Notes: a model not told the origin generated them from the letters alone. Shown: positions 11,720-25,241, counted from the first letter of the whole stretch. The stretch is 63,882 bases of DNA, filler included, from Chiloscyllium plagiosum (GCF_004010195.1; 3 parts of one record of this genome joined end to end with filler, not necessarily neighbours in it); one strand, 5' to 3'. Numbers and translations are program-made.

Positions 11720-12760
11720 ATGGAGTCATAAATGCATAGAGTTGTACAACCTGGAAACAGACCCTTCTGCACAACTCATACATACTGACCAGAAATCTAA
11801 ATTAATCTAGTTCCATTTGCCATCATTTAGCCCCTATCCCTCTAAACCCTTCTTATTCGTATACCCATCCAGATACCTTTTAAATGTAATTGTATCAGCC
11901 TTCACCACTACCTCTGGCAGCTTGCTCCATACATGCTCCACCCTCTGCATGAAAAAGTTGCCCCTCAGGTCTCTTTTAAATCTTTCTCCTCCTACCTTAT
12001 CCCTATGCCCAGCTATTTACCCTATCTATGCTCCTCATCATTCCGTAAACTTCTATAAGGTCACCCCTCAGCCTCTGACACTCCAAGGAAAATTGTTGCA
12101 GCCTATTCAGCCTCTCCAGATTGCTCAAACCACCCAACCCTGGCAACATCCTTGTAAATATTTTCTGAACCCTTTCAAGTTTCACACTATCCTTCCTATA
12201 GCTGGGAGATGAGAATTGCACACAGTTTTCCAAAAGTGGCCTAAAAAATGTCTTACACATCTGCAACATGACATCCCAATGCCTGTACTCAATGCACTGA
12301 CCAAAAAAGGCAAGCATACCAAATACCTTCTTCACTATCCTATCTACCTGCAACTCCACTTTCAAGGAGCTATGAACCTGCACTCCAAGGTCTTTTTGTT
12401 CAGCAACACTCCCCAGGACCTTACCATTAAGTGTATAAGTCCTGCTCTGATTTGCCTTTCCAAAATGCAGCACTTCACATTTATCTAAACTCCATCTGCC
12501 ACTCCTTGGCCCATCAGCCCACCTGATCAAGATCCTGTTGTACTCTGAGGTAACCTTCTTCACTGTCCACTACACCTCCAATTTTGGTGTTATCTGCAAA
12601 CTTACTAACCATATCTTCTACATTCATATCCAAATTATTTATATAAATGATGAAAGCAGTGGACCCAGCACCAATCCTTGTGGCACATACCTAAAGTGTG
12701 AAAAGCAACCCTCCACTATCACCCTCTATCTCCTACCTTTGAGCTAGTTTTGTATCCACT
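11720..12760 (-). mobile_element. CR1 LINE 3' fragment
   Basis: ORF 12003..12563 (KCEVLHFGKAN...LERVQKIFTRMLPG...RGDLIEVY) plus CR1 3' UTR. Confidence 0.9.
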
Positions 12761-12770
12761 TGACTTCATT

Positions 12771-13032
12771 ATGTGGAGGTGCCAGTGTTAGACTGGGATG
12801 GACAAAGTCATAAATCACATGACACCAGGTTATAGTTCAACAGGTTTACTTGAAATCACAAGCTTTTGGATCACTCCTCCTTTGTCAGGTGAAGTCTTGA
12901 ACACAGGCACAGAATATATAAATGTGGAGGTAATAGCAAGTCTTGTGATTTCAAATAAACCTGTTGGACCATAACCTGGTGTTGTGTGACTTCTGACTTT
13001 GCCCATCCCAGTCCAACATTGGACCTCCACGT
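12771..13032. mobile_element. Palindromic non-autonomous element built from two inverted Penelope tails
   Basis: ~90-bp arms (12771-12862 and 12937-13032) are imperfect inverted repeats matching the tail at 9686-9775; decayed hammerhead core. Confidence 0.8.
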
Positions 13033-13034
13033 AA

Positions 13035-13428
13035 TTAAGTCATGTGCAGCATGGCTCTCGTGCAACTCAAATTGGGCACTACAGAGCAGTTTATCGCTGA
13101 GTAAAAGCTGCTTAATCTTGCTTTTCTGTTTCTCACTTCTGGAAAAAGGACTCTCCAGGAATTAAATTTAGATTCTGAGCACTTTCTTTGCTGTGGACAG
13201 GAATAATTCAGCTTCAACCATTCAGGCAGAATAGTTGCACTACTCTTGACGCAGCAAGAACTCTATTTCCTTCCCTGCCATGACAGCTGATCTATCAGAA
13301 TGGTATCACTGTTAAAAAAGAATCTTCTTTGCAAATCACAAGGTTTTAAAGATGTTCCAACATGTAAGCTGGGGATGCAGACTGGTAACTGGAAGATCTG
13401 CTCAACTGCTACCCCAGCATCAAGACAG
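13035..13428 (+). pseudogene. Pseudo-exon: end of G8 domain and first GG domain
   Basis: QHGSR..NWAL..EKGLSR/ELNL vs LHGARKASWTL..EKDFSRGLNV; QE*FSFNHSGRIVAL vs QEFLRFQDPGRIVAI. Donor position uncertain. Confidence 0.82.
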
Positions 13429-13933
13429 GTATCCAGCCTTAGACCTACAGAATGGGTCATCACCTTGTAGCAATCACATGCTTCAGTTCAATAAGTATAA
13501 GACAATTCCAATAAAGAAAATGCTTTCAATAATAAGGAAAAGTGCTCCTTGAACAAATGTAGATGGAGCAGGGCTACATTTGAACCTGTCAGTTTATATG
13601 GGCCATTTTAAGTGTTTCTACTATACATTGTGTGAGTTGTCAACCTTTCAGTGAAACAGTAATCAATGTTGGATCTGCAGTTTGCAAAGTCGCAAGAATA
13701 CAAATAGAAAATCAATTTAAATCCAGTTTTTATGAGGAAGAATGATTGATTCTATAACATATTTATATTCACAGTGAAAAGAAATTGCAGGTGAAACTCA
13801 ACAGGTCTGTCCGAAAGCAGAAAGAGTCCAGTGACTCTTTGTCAGAACTCAATCTACCTTTCTATTTTATTATGGATCAACCTGCATTGCCTGTTTCCAG
13901 GTTTTGTATGTTTCTTTTCTCTATTTCTCTTAG

Positions 13934-14070
13934 AGCTGCCTGGTTTGATTTTTAAGGAGCTCCAATCTTCTTACTGGTGCTGTGGCTGGCCAGGCAGATA
14001 AAAAATAATCCAGAAATTAGAAGTTTTTGAAATATAAAATTGAGATGAACCAGATACCTAATTTTCATGA
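13934..14070 (+). pseudogene. Pseudo-exon: second half of first GG domain
   Basis: Strong polypyrimidine+TAG acceptor; (R)AAWFDF*G..LARQI vs RQAWALVG..LAQREF. Confidence 0.55.
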
Positions 14071-14484
14071 TTGTGAAGTGCATTGTCAAAGAATTATTAT
14101 GGACTACATTTTACAGTGTAAATCAAAATGCTGTGTAACTAAATTGTACTGTATTGAGTTAAAAAATAATTCAATATTTTTAAAAATGTATAATCCATGT
14201 AGCATAATTTCAACTCCCTATAGGAACATGGTTTAAGCAAATGATGTTTTGATTGATATAACCATGATTCAGTGTTCTTCAGCATGGCTGAATCAAGATT
14301 TTGCTGGAACTTTGGCCTGAGTCACAGCTAGTTATCGAGCACAAATCCTCAGCACCATATTTGAAATGAAGATCATAAAGCAAAATGCATTGAGAAATAA
14401 AGAAAAGAACAGGAATTAAGTTCTTCTTTTAAAAAAAAAGTCATTGGAATTCCTCAGAAGTAAGGGCCATGTATTATCTTCTCT

Positions 14485-14927
14485 GTTGTTGTGGTTCTGT
14501 TCGCCGAGCTGGAAATTTTTGTTGCAAACATTTCGTCCCCTGTCTAGGTGACATCCTCAGTGCTTGGGAGCCTCCTGTGAAGCGCTTCTGTAGTGTTTCC
14601 TCCGGCATTTATAGGGCAAGCCAAACAGAGAACAGCCAGGGAATTCCTAGAAGCATGGCACTCATCCACAAACTCCATCAACAAACACATCGACCTGGAC
14701 CCAATATACCGGCCACTACAGCGGACAGCTGAAACTGACAACCGGAAGCGGCAGGTATAGGCCACTATAAATGCCGGAGGAAACACCACAGAAGTGCTTC
14801 ACAGGAGGCTCCCAAGCACTGAGGATGTCACCTAGACAGGGGATGAAACATTTGCAACAAAAATTTCCAGCTCGGCGAACAGAACCACAACAACGAGCAC
14901 CCGAGCTACAAATCTTCACCCAAACTT
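14485..14927 (+). mobile_element. Penelope-like (Poseidon-type) 3' fragment with inverted tail, 13-bp TSD
   Basis: Arms 14485-14613 and 14765-14893 are inverted. The core encodes GQAKQRTAREFLEAWHSSTNSINKHIDLDPIY (GIY-YIG end). TSD TATTATCTTCTCT. Confidence 0.9.
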
Positions 14928-17809
14928 TATTATCTTCTCTCTTGATCTTCTGAGATTTGTAGTGGAAAAAAGAAATCCTTACAGTGAAATATTTTTATTT
15001 GTTCTTTTTCAGATCCTGGAGCATATTTCAAATGAACACAAAGTGTAGGTCACGGTCCTTTTTGGAAACAGAGGCAAAAATAGTTAACTTATAAACATGC
15101 ATTCTGTAACCATGGTCAGTCCAGTTTCATTCCTTTTGATCCTCGCTAATGGTTGATACAACTGAATTGCTCACTCAGCCATATCAGAGGGTAGTTAAGA
15201 GTGGGGGAGTTTATAGGAATGTCAATTTTATGAATTTATAGGAATAAGAAAGGACAGGGTTGAAGCATTTTCAGCTATCTTTAACTTGTGAACAACTCAA
15301 TTCAACCAACAATATGTGAATATTGTTAAGTGCTGATTAGAAACAAACAGTATAGGCCCAGACAGTATTTTGATATAGTACTGAGGACTTGTACTCCATG
15401 ACTAACTGTGACTCAAGAAAAGGTTCTAGTAGAACACTAATAATGTGGAAAAAATTGCAATTCTGTGAAGTCCATAAAATGTAGGACTAATTCAAACTAA
15501 CAAATTACCCACCCAATGACTCTACTTTTGAACACTGATAGAGGCTGTCATTGCTAGTGCTGTGAATTGCCCCTTTAACCTGCTGACTAACAGTTTGAGC
15601 TCCGTCAGGGCCACTCAGCATTGACCTTATTACAGCCATGGTCCAAGCACAGACAAAAGAAGGGAACTCAGGATATAAGAGTAACTGCCCTTGATATCAA
15701 AGCAACATTTGGCCACATGTAGCATCAAGGACCCCGAAGAAAATTGAGGCCAATTGGAATCTGGGTGAAGACTATCTGACTGAAATGACATCTGTCACAA
15801 AGGAAAAGGTTGTGGTTGTCGGAGGCTGATCTTTTGAATGACAAGAAATTCTTGGGGTTGTGCAATAATCCCAACCACCTTCAGTTACTTCACTAATGTT
15901 CCTCTTTCAATTGTGAACCTGAGTTGGGCTTCACTGATGGTTGCAAAGTGTTCAGTTTCATCTGTAAAGGCTCAGACAATGAAAGAATCTCTGGAGCAAG
16001 ACCTGGGCCATAGTCATCCTTGGATTCATAAGAGACTGGTCTCATTCATGTCACACTAGTGCAAGGTGATGCCTATTCCCTATAAACATGAGTCTAACCA
16101 ACACCTTTTGACATTCGATGCCATGACCATGCACTATTGATTGCAACATAATTTATATCCTGTGGAGTTATCACTGACCTCAATGAATCAACCACTCAGC
16201 TGGCCGCAAGTGTACGTCAGAGCCAATGTGCAAAAGGAGTGTTGAAGAGCATGGCAGAGCCTCATTTCTCGAAGCGAAAGCCCTAATACAGATGTGTTTA
16301 ATAATCATCGATATTTTACTTAAGATTTCAGGGTCAAATGGATACTGAAATCATAGAATAGAATAATGGAAAGATAATGTATTGATGGAGGCCATTTGGT
16401 GCATCTTCAGTAGCTAATCAGTTATTCCCACTTCACTGCTCTTTCCCCATAGCACTGTCATTTGTTTCCTTTCAAATATTTATCGAATCCACTTTTGGCA
16501 GGTACACTGAATCTTTTTCTACCAGCTCTTTGGGCAGTAGACCACAACAACATGCTGGTACTGTTCTAGTTAATTTTTAAAGAATTACTTTTTGATGTGA
16601 TATGGATCATGAAATGTGGGAGTCATAAAGACATAGAAAACATACAAAATAGGAGCAGAAGTTGGCCATTTGACCCATCACTAATTGTCCTGGAAAATTA
16701 GGGAGTTTCAGAGGGCAGTTAAAAGTCAGAAACTTGGTTGCGCATCTGGAACACATACAGGCTAAACCAGGTGAGAATAATCTATTTCCTTCCTTAAAGA
16801 GTATCAGTGAACTCAATTTTTAAACAATAACCAGCAGTCAACATTACTGAGACCAACTTTATAATGTCACATTTATCCATCAGTCGCCATATTTACAGTG
16901 CACTCACATTATCTCTGTGCTCAATACCTCAGACCATGTAATGCTTCCTAAAAGGAATTGAACATAAACACACCTGTTGATGATTTACAAATGTTTTATA
17001 AAAGTTTAGCATGGATTTCTTGTTTTTGTACTGTTTTATTAATAAAGCCAAGGATATTGTGTGATTTATTTTATAAACCGTTTTCTCAATACCTCCTGTC
17101 ATTCTGAAAGATTTGATAGTATATGCTGTCCAGTTTCTCTGTTCCTGAACTCTGCTTCCTTGAAATTTTAACAAATTTTAATCGTAAAAACAGTAAATAG
17201 TTTTTGATATTCAATGTAATTTCTGTGGAAAGTTAAATTGCTGTCCGACAAATTGAGATTTGCTGCCACCTGGTGTATAAGTGTAGTATTTTAAATTTCT
17301 TTTTAAATAATAAATGCTCCCAAAAGTCTGCAATTGCCTCATTTGTTTTATAAGATGAACAAAAGTAATGTGGTAATTCATAGACTTGCTCGCATTTCCT
17401 TTTTCCTTTGCTATTTGGAAGAATGTATTATTTGTTTTAATTAAACAATTTTTTTTGTAAAAACAAATCACATGATGAAAACAAGTAAAAGAACAACAAA
17501 GTATTCAATTTATTACTGATGGTCTCAGTAAGAAGATTTTCACCATAAGCCCTCTGTTTCTTCAATAATTTTATGGGAACTTGACATCCACCTGAACCAG
17601 CAGATGGAGCCTTGGTTTAGCAATCCAGTTCCTCCTATGCAAGTAGAATTAAAAACAACCTTCAAAACTGTTAACGATGCTGACATCACTGCATTTCATA
17701 GAAAAGCATAGAATAACAGAACAAAAATAAACTATTTAGCCCAACCAGCTACTCAATAAGATAAAAGCCCCTGGTTATAAGGGCAAGGTACTGCCATGGA
17801 TAGAGGATT

Positions 17810-17943
17810 AGGCAAAAGTGAGGATTGCAGATGCTGGAAACCAGAGTTTAGATTAGAGTGGTGCTGGAAAAGCACACCAGGTCAGGCAGCATCCGAGGAG
17901 CAGGAAAATCGATGTTTCGGGCAAAAGCCCTTCATTAGGAATG
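17810..17943 (-). mobile_element. Short Penelope-tail (hammerhead) insertion with 15-bp TSD
   Basis: Matches the tail at 4284-4389; flanked by CATGGATAGAGGATT at 17795-17809 and 17947-17961. Confidence 0.85.
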
Positions 17944-18381
17944 CTGCATGGATAGAGGATTGGCTGAATGGCAGAAGACAAGGAGCAGGGATAAAGGGGT
18001 CTTTTTCAGGATGGCAGCCGGTGACTGGTGGCGTTCCGCAGGGATCAGTATTGAGGCCACACTATTCAGGTTATGATCTGGATGAAGAAACTGAGGACAT
18101 TGTTGCTATGTTTCCAGATGTCACAGAGGTAGGAGGAGGGACAGGTAGTGTTGAAGAGGTTGGGAGACTGCAGGAGGACTTGGAAAAGCTAGGAGAGTAG
18201 ACAAAAGTGGCAAATGGAATGCAAAGGGGGAAAGTGTAGGAATTATGGAAGCCCAGGCTATTTCCCAAATGTGAAAAGCTTTGGAATTCTGAAGCACAAA
18301 GGGACTATCAAGTTCTCAGTCAGGATTCTCGTAAAGTTAACATGTAGGTTTAATCGGCAGTTAAATCAGTTTCAAGTCAAA

Positions 18382-19078
18382 TGTTGTGGGAGAAAATATG
18401 GGTCCTGGCTGTCCCGTGGCCCACAAAACAGACAACAAAAAATGTCTAGACTTAGCCACTAAGCCTACCCACAATACCTCAACTTGGCCCCAGACATCAT
18501 ACATACCTCAGGACATGACTCATCCAGCCCCAGACCAAGAAAATATACTTCTTCAGATTAACTGATAATGAGTCTCCCACTCCACAATAGCCCAGCGACC
18601 TCTGATGTTCTTAGGGCACAGCTGTTCCCACTGGGAGTCAAGCCTTCACAAAGGGTACCAGACAAGGAGGCACCAAAGGTACTTTGCTTGCCCCCTCAAC
18701 AATACAAACACATTGATAATACCAGGATGAAACCCACTAACACCTACTCCAACCAAGGATCGGAATCTCCTGAGTCAATTAAGAAACTCATTGTCAGACA
18801 CTGGCCACTTGAATCTTTTCAATGAATGAACTTTATTTTTCTTTGTTGTACAACTCACACCATTGTCTCATAACTCACACTTCATTGTTGTAAGGGTATA
18901 AAACTCCACTGTATTCTCTGTTCAGGGAAGATGCTGTGGTTCCTTCTGAACAGCCTGTTCAGTGACTATTTCAATGGTCTCTTCCACAATATCGCTGTTT
19001 GTTAGGTAAATCCTTGTCAGTTCTCAGTCCAATCTGTGTGTTTGTGATCTCTGATTAATTGAGCTAAAGTCTCCAACA
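18382..19078 (+). repeat. Probable solo LTR inserted in CR1
   Basis: TGTTG...CAACA termini and TATAAAA near 18897; interrupts CR1 homology. TSD not clear. Confidence 0.55.
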
Positions 19079-19884
19079 ATATAATGTTAATATTCATTTG
19101 AAGAAGGCTAGAATACAATAGCATAAATGCTCAGGATGTTTAATGTGCTGGTCAAACCGCATTTGGAATATTGTAAACATTTTTGAGCCCCATATCAAAG
19201 GAAGGATATGCTGGCATTGGAGGGGGTCCAGGGGAGGTTTACAAGGGATAAAGATCCTGTCAATTGAGGAGAGGTTGAGGACTTTGCGTCTGTACTTGAC
19301 GCAGTTTACGAGGGGGGTTGGGGGCATATCATTGGAATTTACAGGGAGGTCTGGAGTGAAAATGATTAATAAGACCCAAGGACACAACCTCAGAGTGAAG
19401 GGATGATCCTTTAGCAGTGAGATGAGAAGGAATTTCTTTAGCCAGATTGTGGTTAATCTGTGGAAGACATTGATGTAGAAGGCTGTGGTAGACAAGTCAT
19501 TGGATGTATTTAAGACAGAGATAGATAAGTTCTTATTAGTAAAGGGATCAAGGGTTATGGGGAGAAGGCAGGAAAATGAGGTTGAGAAACATATCAGCCA
19601 TGATCAAATGGCAAATCATATTCCATGGCCCTGGCCCAGTTCTGCTCCTGTACCTCTTGGTTTTATGACCTGCTTTGGTATCTGAGGGTTCATAAATGTT
19701 GCTGAACAATTTGAACCAATCAGTGAACAGCCCCCATTATGATGGAGAAAGATAATTAGATCATTAATGAAGAAGGTGAAGCTGGTTGGGCGAGGACGTG
19801 ACTCTTAGGAACTTTTGGAGTATTATTCTGGGAGAGTTAGATGACCTTCAATAACCACGAACATTTTGCTTTGTTGTGTAAGAG

Positions 19885-20585
19885 CCAGTGTTGGACTGGA
19901 GTGGACAAAGTTAAAAATCACACACCATCAGTTTATAGTCCAATAGGTTTATTTGGAAGCACTAGTTTTTGGAACACTGCTCCTTCATTAGGTGGTTGTG
20001 AAGCAGGACCATAAAACACAAAATTTATAACAACAGATTACAGTGCCATGCAGCTGAAATGATATATTGAACAAACCTAGATTATTGTTAAGTCTTTCAT
20101 CTTTTTGAATGAGTTGCAGGTTTTGGTTAATTAATATGTAAACCCAGAACTTCTTTTAAGTCATATTCTCAAGATAACTTAAGGTTTTATTAAAAAAAAG
20201 TGACATCTCAGCTCAGAGAATGCATTAAAGTTGTGAGGTTAGAGTCTGTCTGTATTCCAACCTTGAGTCAGACTGGTTTCATTTCCAAATTGGAATTTAC
20301 AAAATATTACATGGATTGACTGTTGGCATTGACTGCCTGCAGGGTGTGCATTTTTTTCAGCAAAATAGAATGTATTTGAAATATAATGCTGCAAATACAA
20401 ATTCACCCTAGTGTGTGCACGTGAGAGAGAGTGCACGTGAGAGGGTGTGTGTTTGTGTGTGTAAGCTTGGTAAAATGTGTATGAGTGTGATGGAGTATAA
20501 GCCTGTGAGAGGGTGCATGCATGCATGTGAGGGTAGGGGATGTATGTGTGTGTGTGTATGAGAAAGTGTGTGTATGAGAGAGGGG
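19885..20585 (-). mobile_element. Penelope 3' tail (same family as 9130-9775)
   Basis: Reverse-complement similarity to 9200-9770, including the decayed hammerhead and the TG/GA microsatellite. Confidence 0.85.
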
Positions 20586-20589
20586 CTGC

Positions 20590-21857
20590 GTGAGTCTGTG
20601 TTTTTCTCTCTCCCTTTCTTCTGTCTCTCTTTGCTCAGCCAAGAACCTTCTCTCTCTCTCTTTCCTCTTTATCTCTCTGTCTCTTTCTCTTTCTCTCTCC
20701 CTTTATTTATCTTCTAATTCCATTTTTCTTAATTGTAATTTAAGTTTTTCTACCTCTCCTGCACTTATCTGTTTCTCTGACACACCTAAGAGTTTCAGTA
20801 ATTCACATACAATTTCAGCTTTACTTTTGTCCTTGGTTAAACCCAAATCTAACTTCTTTGCTAATTCTAAATGGATGGCTTTTTTCTTTCCTTCTAAACT
20901 TTCTTGCAAATGTGAAAATCATCTTCAAATCCCAGGATCTCTTTAACAATTTTACGAGCCATTTCTCTCACTTTTAATTTAATCAACCGTAAGTCACTGA
21001 AATTTAACAAATTGCCTCACCTACGTTTTATTTAAAGAATTAGGACACTAACCTGCAAATGTTTAAATCTGCTGGGATTTTTTTGTAACCTCACATCTAT
21101 TCAAACCTGTCTAAACCAGTTCAAATCATGGACCATAGCCCTCAAACTGTTACAACATGGGGTAAACTCTCCTGCTTAATTTAAAACCAGCAATACAGAA
21201 ACAATTATTCCCATGCGGTAATCTGTAAAAATTCGAGTGATCAAGAACCATGCAAAGTAAAAATTAATAACTTTATTTGTTAAAGTATAATAGAGAATAA
21301 TTAACTAACCACTATTTACAATTTTTTCCTCAACTCCATCTTTTACCTTCCCTTCTATAATACTAGTCTGATAAAACTCCCAATTAAGATTTATAAAACA
21401 ACACCTCTTATCTCAAAACCAGACAGTTTTAGATTCTTGCCTTTGGATCTTCCTGTGTCTTCTTTACTCCTTGTTAGGAATTTCTGGGTCACAGGTTACT
21501 GATTGAAAAGGTACTTTTAAGGGAGATTTTTTTCAAGCAGCCTGTTATATGCTAGGACTTGGCAGCTCTCCTCCCAACTGTTCAATTTCCCCCAGTCTTA
21601 TACCCCAGAGCACCGGATTATGTCATTGGCTTTTAAGATAATCAATATACTAAATTCAAACTGGATTGGAGTTTGATATTTTTCAGGGTATAATTTAAAC
21701 TGATTGGCTGAATGCAAATTTGTTTTTGTCTCCAGGCAATAAGCTAATCGAGTTGTTTGACCGAGAGTTACGTTGTTACCTTATTGGGAACACTTGGTGC
21801 TTTGTCCAGTAGTTCTGCTTTTAGCTCTCTTAAAGGTACACCCACATCTTCATAATA
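20590..21857 (-). mobile_element. Gypsy-type LTR retrotransposon remnant: LTR (21148-21857), degenerate tRNA-Pro-like PBS, gag N-terminus
   Basis: The LTR ends GTAACA, followed by TGAGGGCTATGGTCC. ORF 20703..20909 (LELAKKLDLGLTKDKSKAEIVCELL..KLKLQL) resembles a Gmr1-like gag start. Confidence 0.7.
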
Positions 21858-22735
21858 TTTGGAAGGGCTCCTCGATGTCGCAGTCTGTCAAATGCTACCT
21901 TGATTTCAAAGGCAGTCACCCTCAAGTTCAACCTTTTTGCCTGTATTTGGCCTCAGACTATAATGAGGCTCAGAGCTGAGTAAGCCTGGGAGAACCCAAA
22001 CTGAACATCAGAGATCAGGATGGCATGATCACTGTTTACTAACATAAATATTGCTAAAATGAGGTACAAAACTGAAGCTTTTCATCTTGTCCTTATCTCT
22101 CGATGAGACGTATAGTTTTATGTACTCCACCAGTCACTGGGATGTGGTACAATGTACAAATTTAGGGAAGGACCTATAGTTACCACTTCTGACTTGAATG
22201 GTGCCCAATTTACCTCAGATTAGCCCGGAAGGAGAAGCTGTCTCCTAAATCTGAACAACATGGAAAACTAGCTGTTTTATGCTGCTTTTTTATAGTAAGC
22301 ACACTCATGGTTTTCTCCACTAACAAGATGTAAGATGACGTGAGTTGCAGTGTGACACCAGATATTTTAATCATCCATCCAAATAACTGGTCAGCTATAA
22401 TAAACAACATGTCTCATCGACCAGTGACAGTGGGTAGTATTCCAATTGTGCTCAACCACCTCATGCCTGCAAACCTCAGAACTGCATGTCTAACATTTGA
22501 TGTGATTCTACTATTGAACAATATTCACTGAATAATCTGGGCTAAACTAATAATTACAGTGGAAACCAATTAATGATTCTCAATTGGGCTCACAGTGAGA
22601 TGCATTTGCATGTGCTAGGAGCTACATATGCAATACCCTGTTTTATGTTGGTAGAATAAATTTGTACATATGTGGCACCTTTTTCACTTGGAACTGGGTC
22701 ACAAGAGCTGCCAACCTCTGCTGAATTCCCTATTA

Positions 22736-22956
22736 CAGGTAGTTCTTCTATAATGCGATTGTTGCATTCTTGTGCGGTGCCGCATTACAGAAAGTTCACA
22801 CTTTAGAAACTGCACTTAAAGTATTGGGGGATGTAATTGCATTGCAGCCAACACACATTTTAAAAGTTAGAGCATTTAGAAACAGTGTCCCCAATTCGTC
22901 AATCATGTCACAGCAATTTTGCGTAAACTAATCGTACATTATAGCAGAATGACCTG
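22736..22956. mobile_element. Tc1/mariner (Tigger/pogo-like) MITE
   Basis: TIRs CAGGTAGTTCTTCTATAATG / CATTATAGCAGAATGACCTG, flanked by TA on both sides. Confidence 0.85.
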
Positions 22957-23029
22957 TATTCTATCCTGAGTAATCAGTCCGAATGCCCACCCAACAGTCA
23001 CCCAGCCCCGACTAGACTGCACACCTAAC

Positions 23030-23200
23030 TCCACACCCTTGACCATCCCAGGACTTGACACCTCCCCAAACTCACCCAACTGCCCACTCACCACTCACTC
23101 GTTCATTCATCCACTCAATTATTTATTCATTGCCCATTCACTTGCTCACTCACTCACCCACCCATCAATTCATTCATTCACTCACTATCAACTCATTAAA
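23030..23200. repeat. Low-complexity (CACT/CATT)n tract
   Basis: Degenerate tetranucleotide repeats. Confidence 0.8.
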
Positions 23201-24236
23201 TTACAGCCTTGCACAGAAAAGAGTTGAGACCTTTAAAGATTTGCCTGTGTACAACAGCGAGTGCCAGAAAAAAGAAAGTGTCCTCTCCTGCTTTCATCAC
23301 CCCCACATTCACTAGGCTTATCCTGAAGAGCTAGACTATTTTTACTTCAGTCAGTATCAGACATCCCAGCTATAAATGGACAAATCCATTGGTGTGCAGC
23401 ATGTTTTGTGAGCAGGAAGCTCTGGGGTATTTTATCCAGGAATATTTTGTATCCAGTTCTGCCTTCTTTTGAGGCAGGTCTCCATTGTCACCACAACATC
23501 ATATTTGCATGTGGCTATCTGTGCCAACAGCTCATCGACCTTATTTATCATGCTCCTTGCATTTACGTCTTGGCACTATAAATGTGAACAATATTAAATA
23601 TTCCCTCTTAATCTGACCTCACAGCTTGCCATTCCTTACTCTATTGCTATTGATTGCCCAATCTTTGTGCACCTTGATTTTTTTCTAATGTTTCATCTTG
23701 GTTCTGAACCCTCTGCAAAAGTAGTTGGATTGTCCGTCCCAAAAGCAATAGAAAGCAATCCAAAGAGAACATCACTCCCTGTACTGTTGAGGGGAAATCC
23801 ATTTGAGTGTATATGACCTGTCTGCCCCATAATAGGCTCCAGTGCCAGGATTATAATGCCCTTTCTCCTGAAACACCTCTCCAAACATGCATCGACTTGT
23901 ACTATCCTCCCATTTCTATACTACATGCCATGAGGAGTAAATTATAAGCGATTATTTCAAAGATCCTGCTTCTTATTCTCTTTTCCTAACGTCTATCCCT
24001 CTTCCTACCCATGTTGTTGCTAGCAATATGGGTCAACTTCTGGTTATTTGCTGTCAGTGACATCTTGGATCCAGAAATTAGGGAGGCAACATACCATCCT
24101 CTAGGCATATCTTCTCTTCCCATCAGCCCAATAAGGCAGCTGTTCCTCTAGGATACTGTGCAAATTGGCAGACCCTGATGTTTTTCTGGTCAGATGCTTT
24201 CTAAGTCTCAATTACAGATTTTTTCTCTTCCACCAG

Positions 24237-25241
24237 GGAAAGCCCTCCCTCACTGTAGAAGCTGTGTCTGGCTGGTGGATCCTTTGAAAAGAAAGTTGTT
24301 GCTACTTAGAGATTTGCTTTGTATTTGGAGAACATAGCACAATTATTGTGCACTTTCCCCAGTGAAATCAGCTGTACCTCTGGCATTTGGATAGCCTTAT
24401 AAAAACACTCACAACTACAAAGGAAATTCTAAGGATAAAAGTTCTATCTAAATAAGTTGTGGACATTCTGATTTCACCCAAGTGACCACATAAAACAATC
24501 TGGGAGCCAGAGGAATCTGGTAGTTAAAGAAAAATATGTTTTACACTAAAATAGATTATCACTCAAGATATTAACAAGAAATAAAAGAGCAGAAAGTGTA
24601 TCAGATACATTGATGACAACCTGGAGTTTTATTGTTTTATTGTTTGTTTTAAAACACTTACCTTGTTTAAATTTTGAGTCAGGCCACTTTTGATGGTCAT
24701 GCTAAAGGACACTTGAAATTGATGTTTCACATCAGAGATTCTATCCAAATCCCATGAGCTCTATTTAATGTTGAGCACTGCAATTGTTGAAGAAGAAATT
24801 GCTTCACAGTTTCAGGCCAATTCAGTATAGAAAGACAACAGGCAGTTGGAATTCATAGTATTCAGAAATGGCCACTTCACACCAGCATCTTTTGATCGAC
24901 CACCTGCGACATTTGGGAGTTTAGTTTTATTAAGTCATATAACCTATTGATTTAAAACTTCTTAAAAATTAAAACAAAATGGTTTTATCTATTTTATGTC
25001 ACGAAAACAAACCAAAGAATAACTTGATTCTTTTGTTTGAGAAATGGAGAAATTGGACCCCAGAAGGGCTTCAACCACAATCCACAATGATTTTGTTGTC
25101 TTCATGTGGATGTCTAAGCCCCACTAATACCTGACTTCAATGGTGACAGGAAGGTTTTAAAGTGTCAGTAAAAATGCTCCCCAATGCTCTGCCTGATGAA
25201 TAGTCACTTGTCCAAAAACTGCTCGTACAACTATACTGCTG
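24237..25241 (+). pseudogene. Three pseudo-exons (24237-24440, 24683-24933, ~25003-25241)
   Basis: VWLVDPLKRKLLLLRDLLCIWRT vs VEVVDGVKLNLLDDVSSWKP; ELYLMLSTAIVEEEI..HLFDRPPATFGS vs EVGILTRNIVIQGEV..QFFDYDTFGG; the last exon ends TTILL|gtgagt vs TNGLL|. Confidence 0.75.

Larger units (their letters stand above)
17770..19670 (+). mobile_element. Old CR1 RT/3' fragment with nested insertions
   Basis: WIEDWLNGRRQ..FSGWQPVTGGVPQGSVL; continues after 19080. Confidence 0.8.

Noticed and set aside
15013..15044. Possible short exon (ttttcag|ATCCTGGAGCAT...|gtaggt)
   Set aside because: Splice signals are plausible, but the peptide is too short to assign to the pseudogene.
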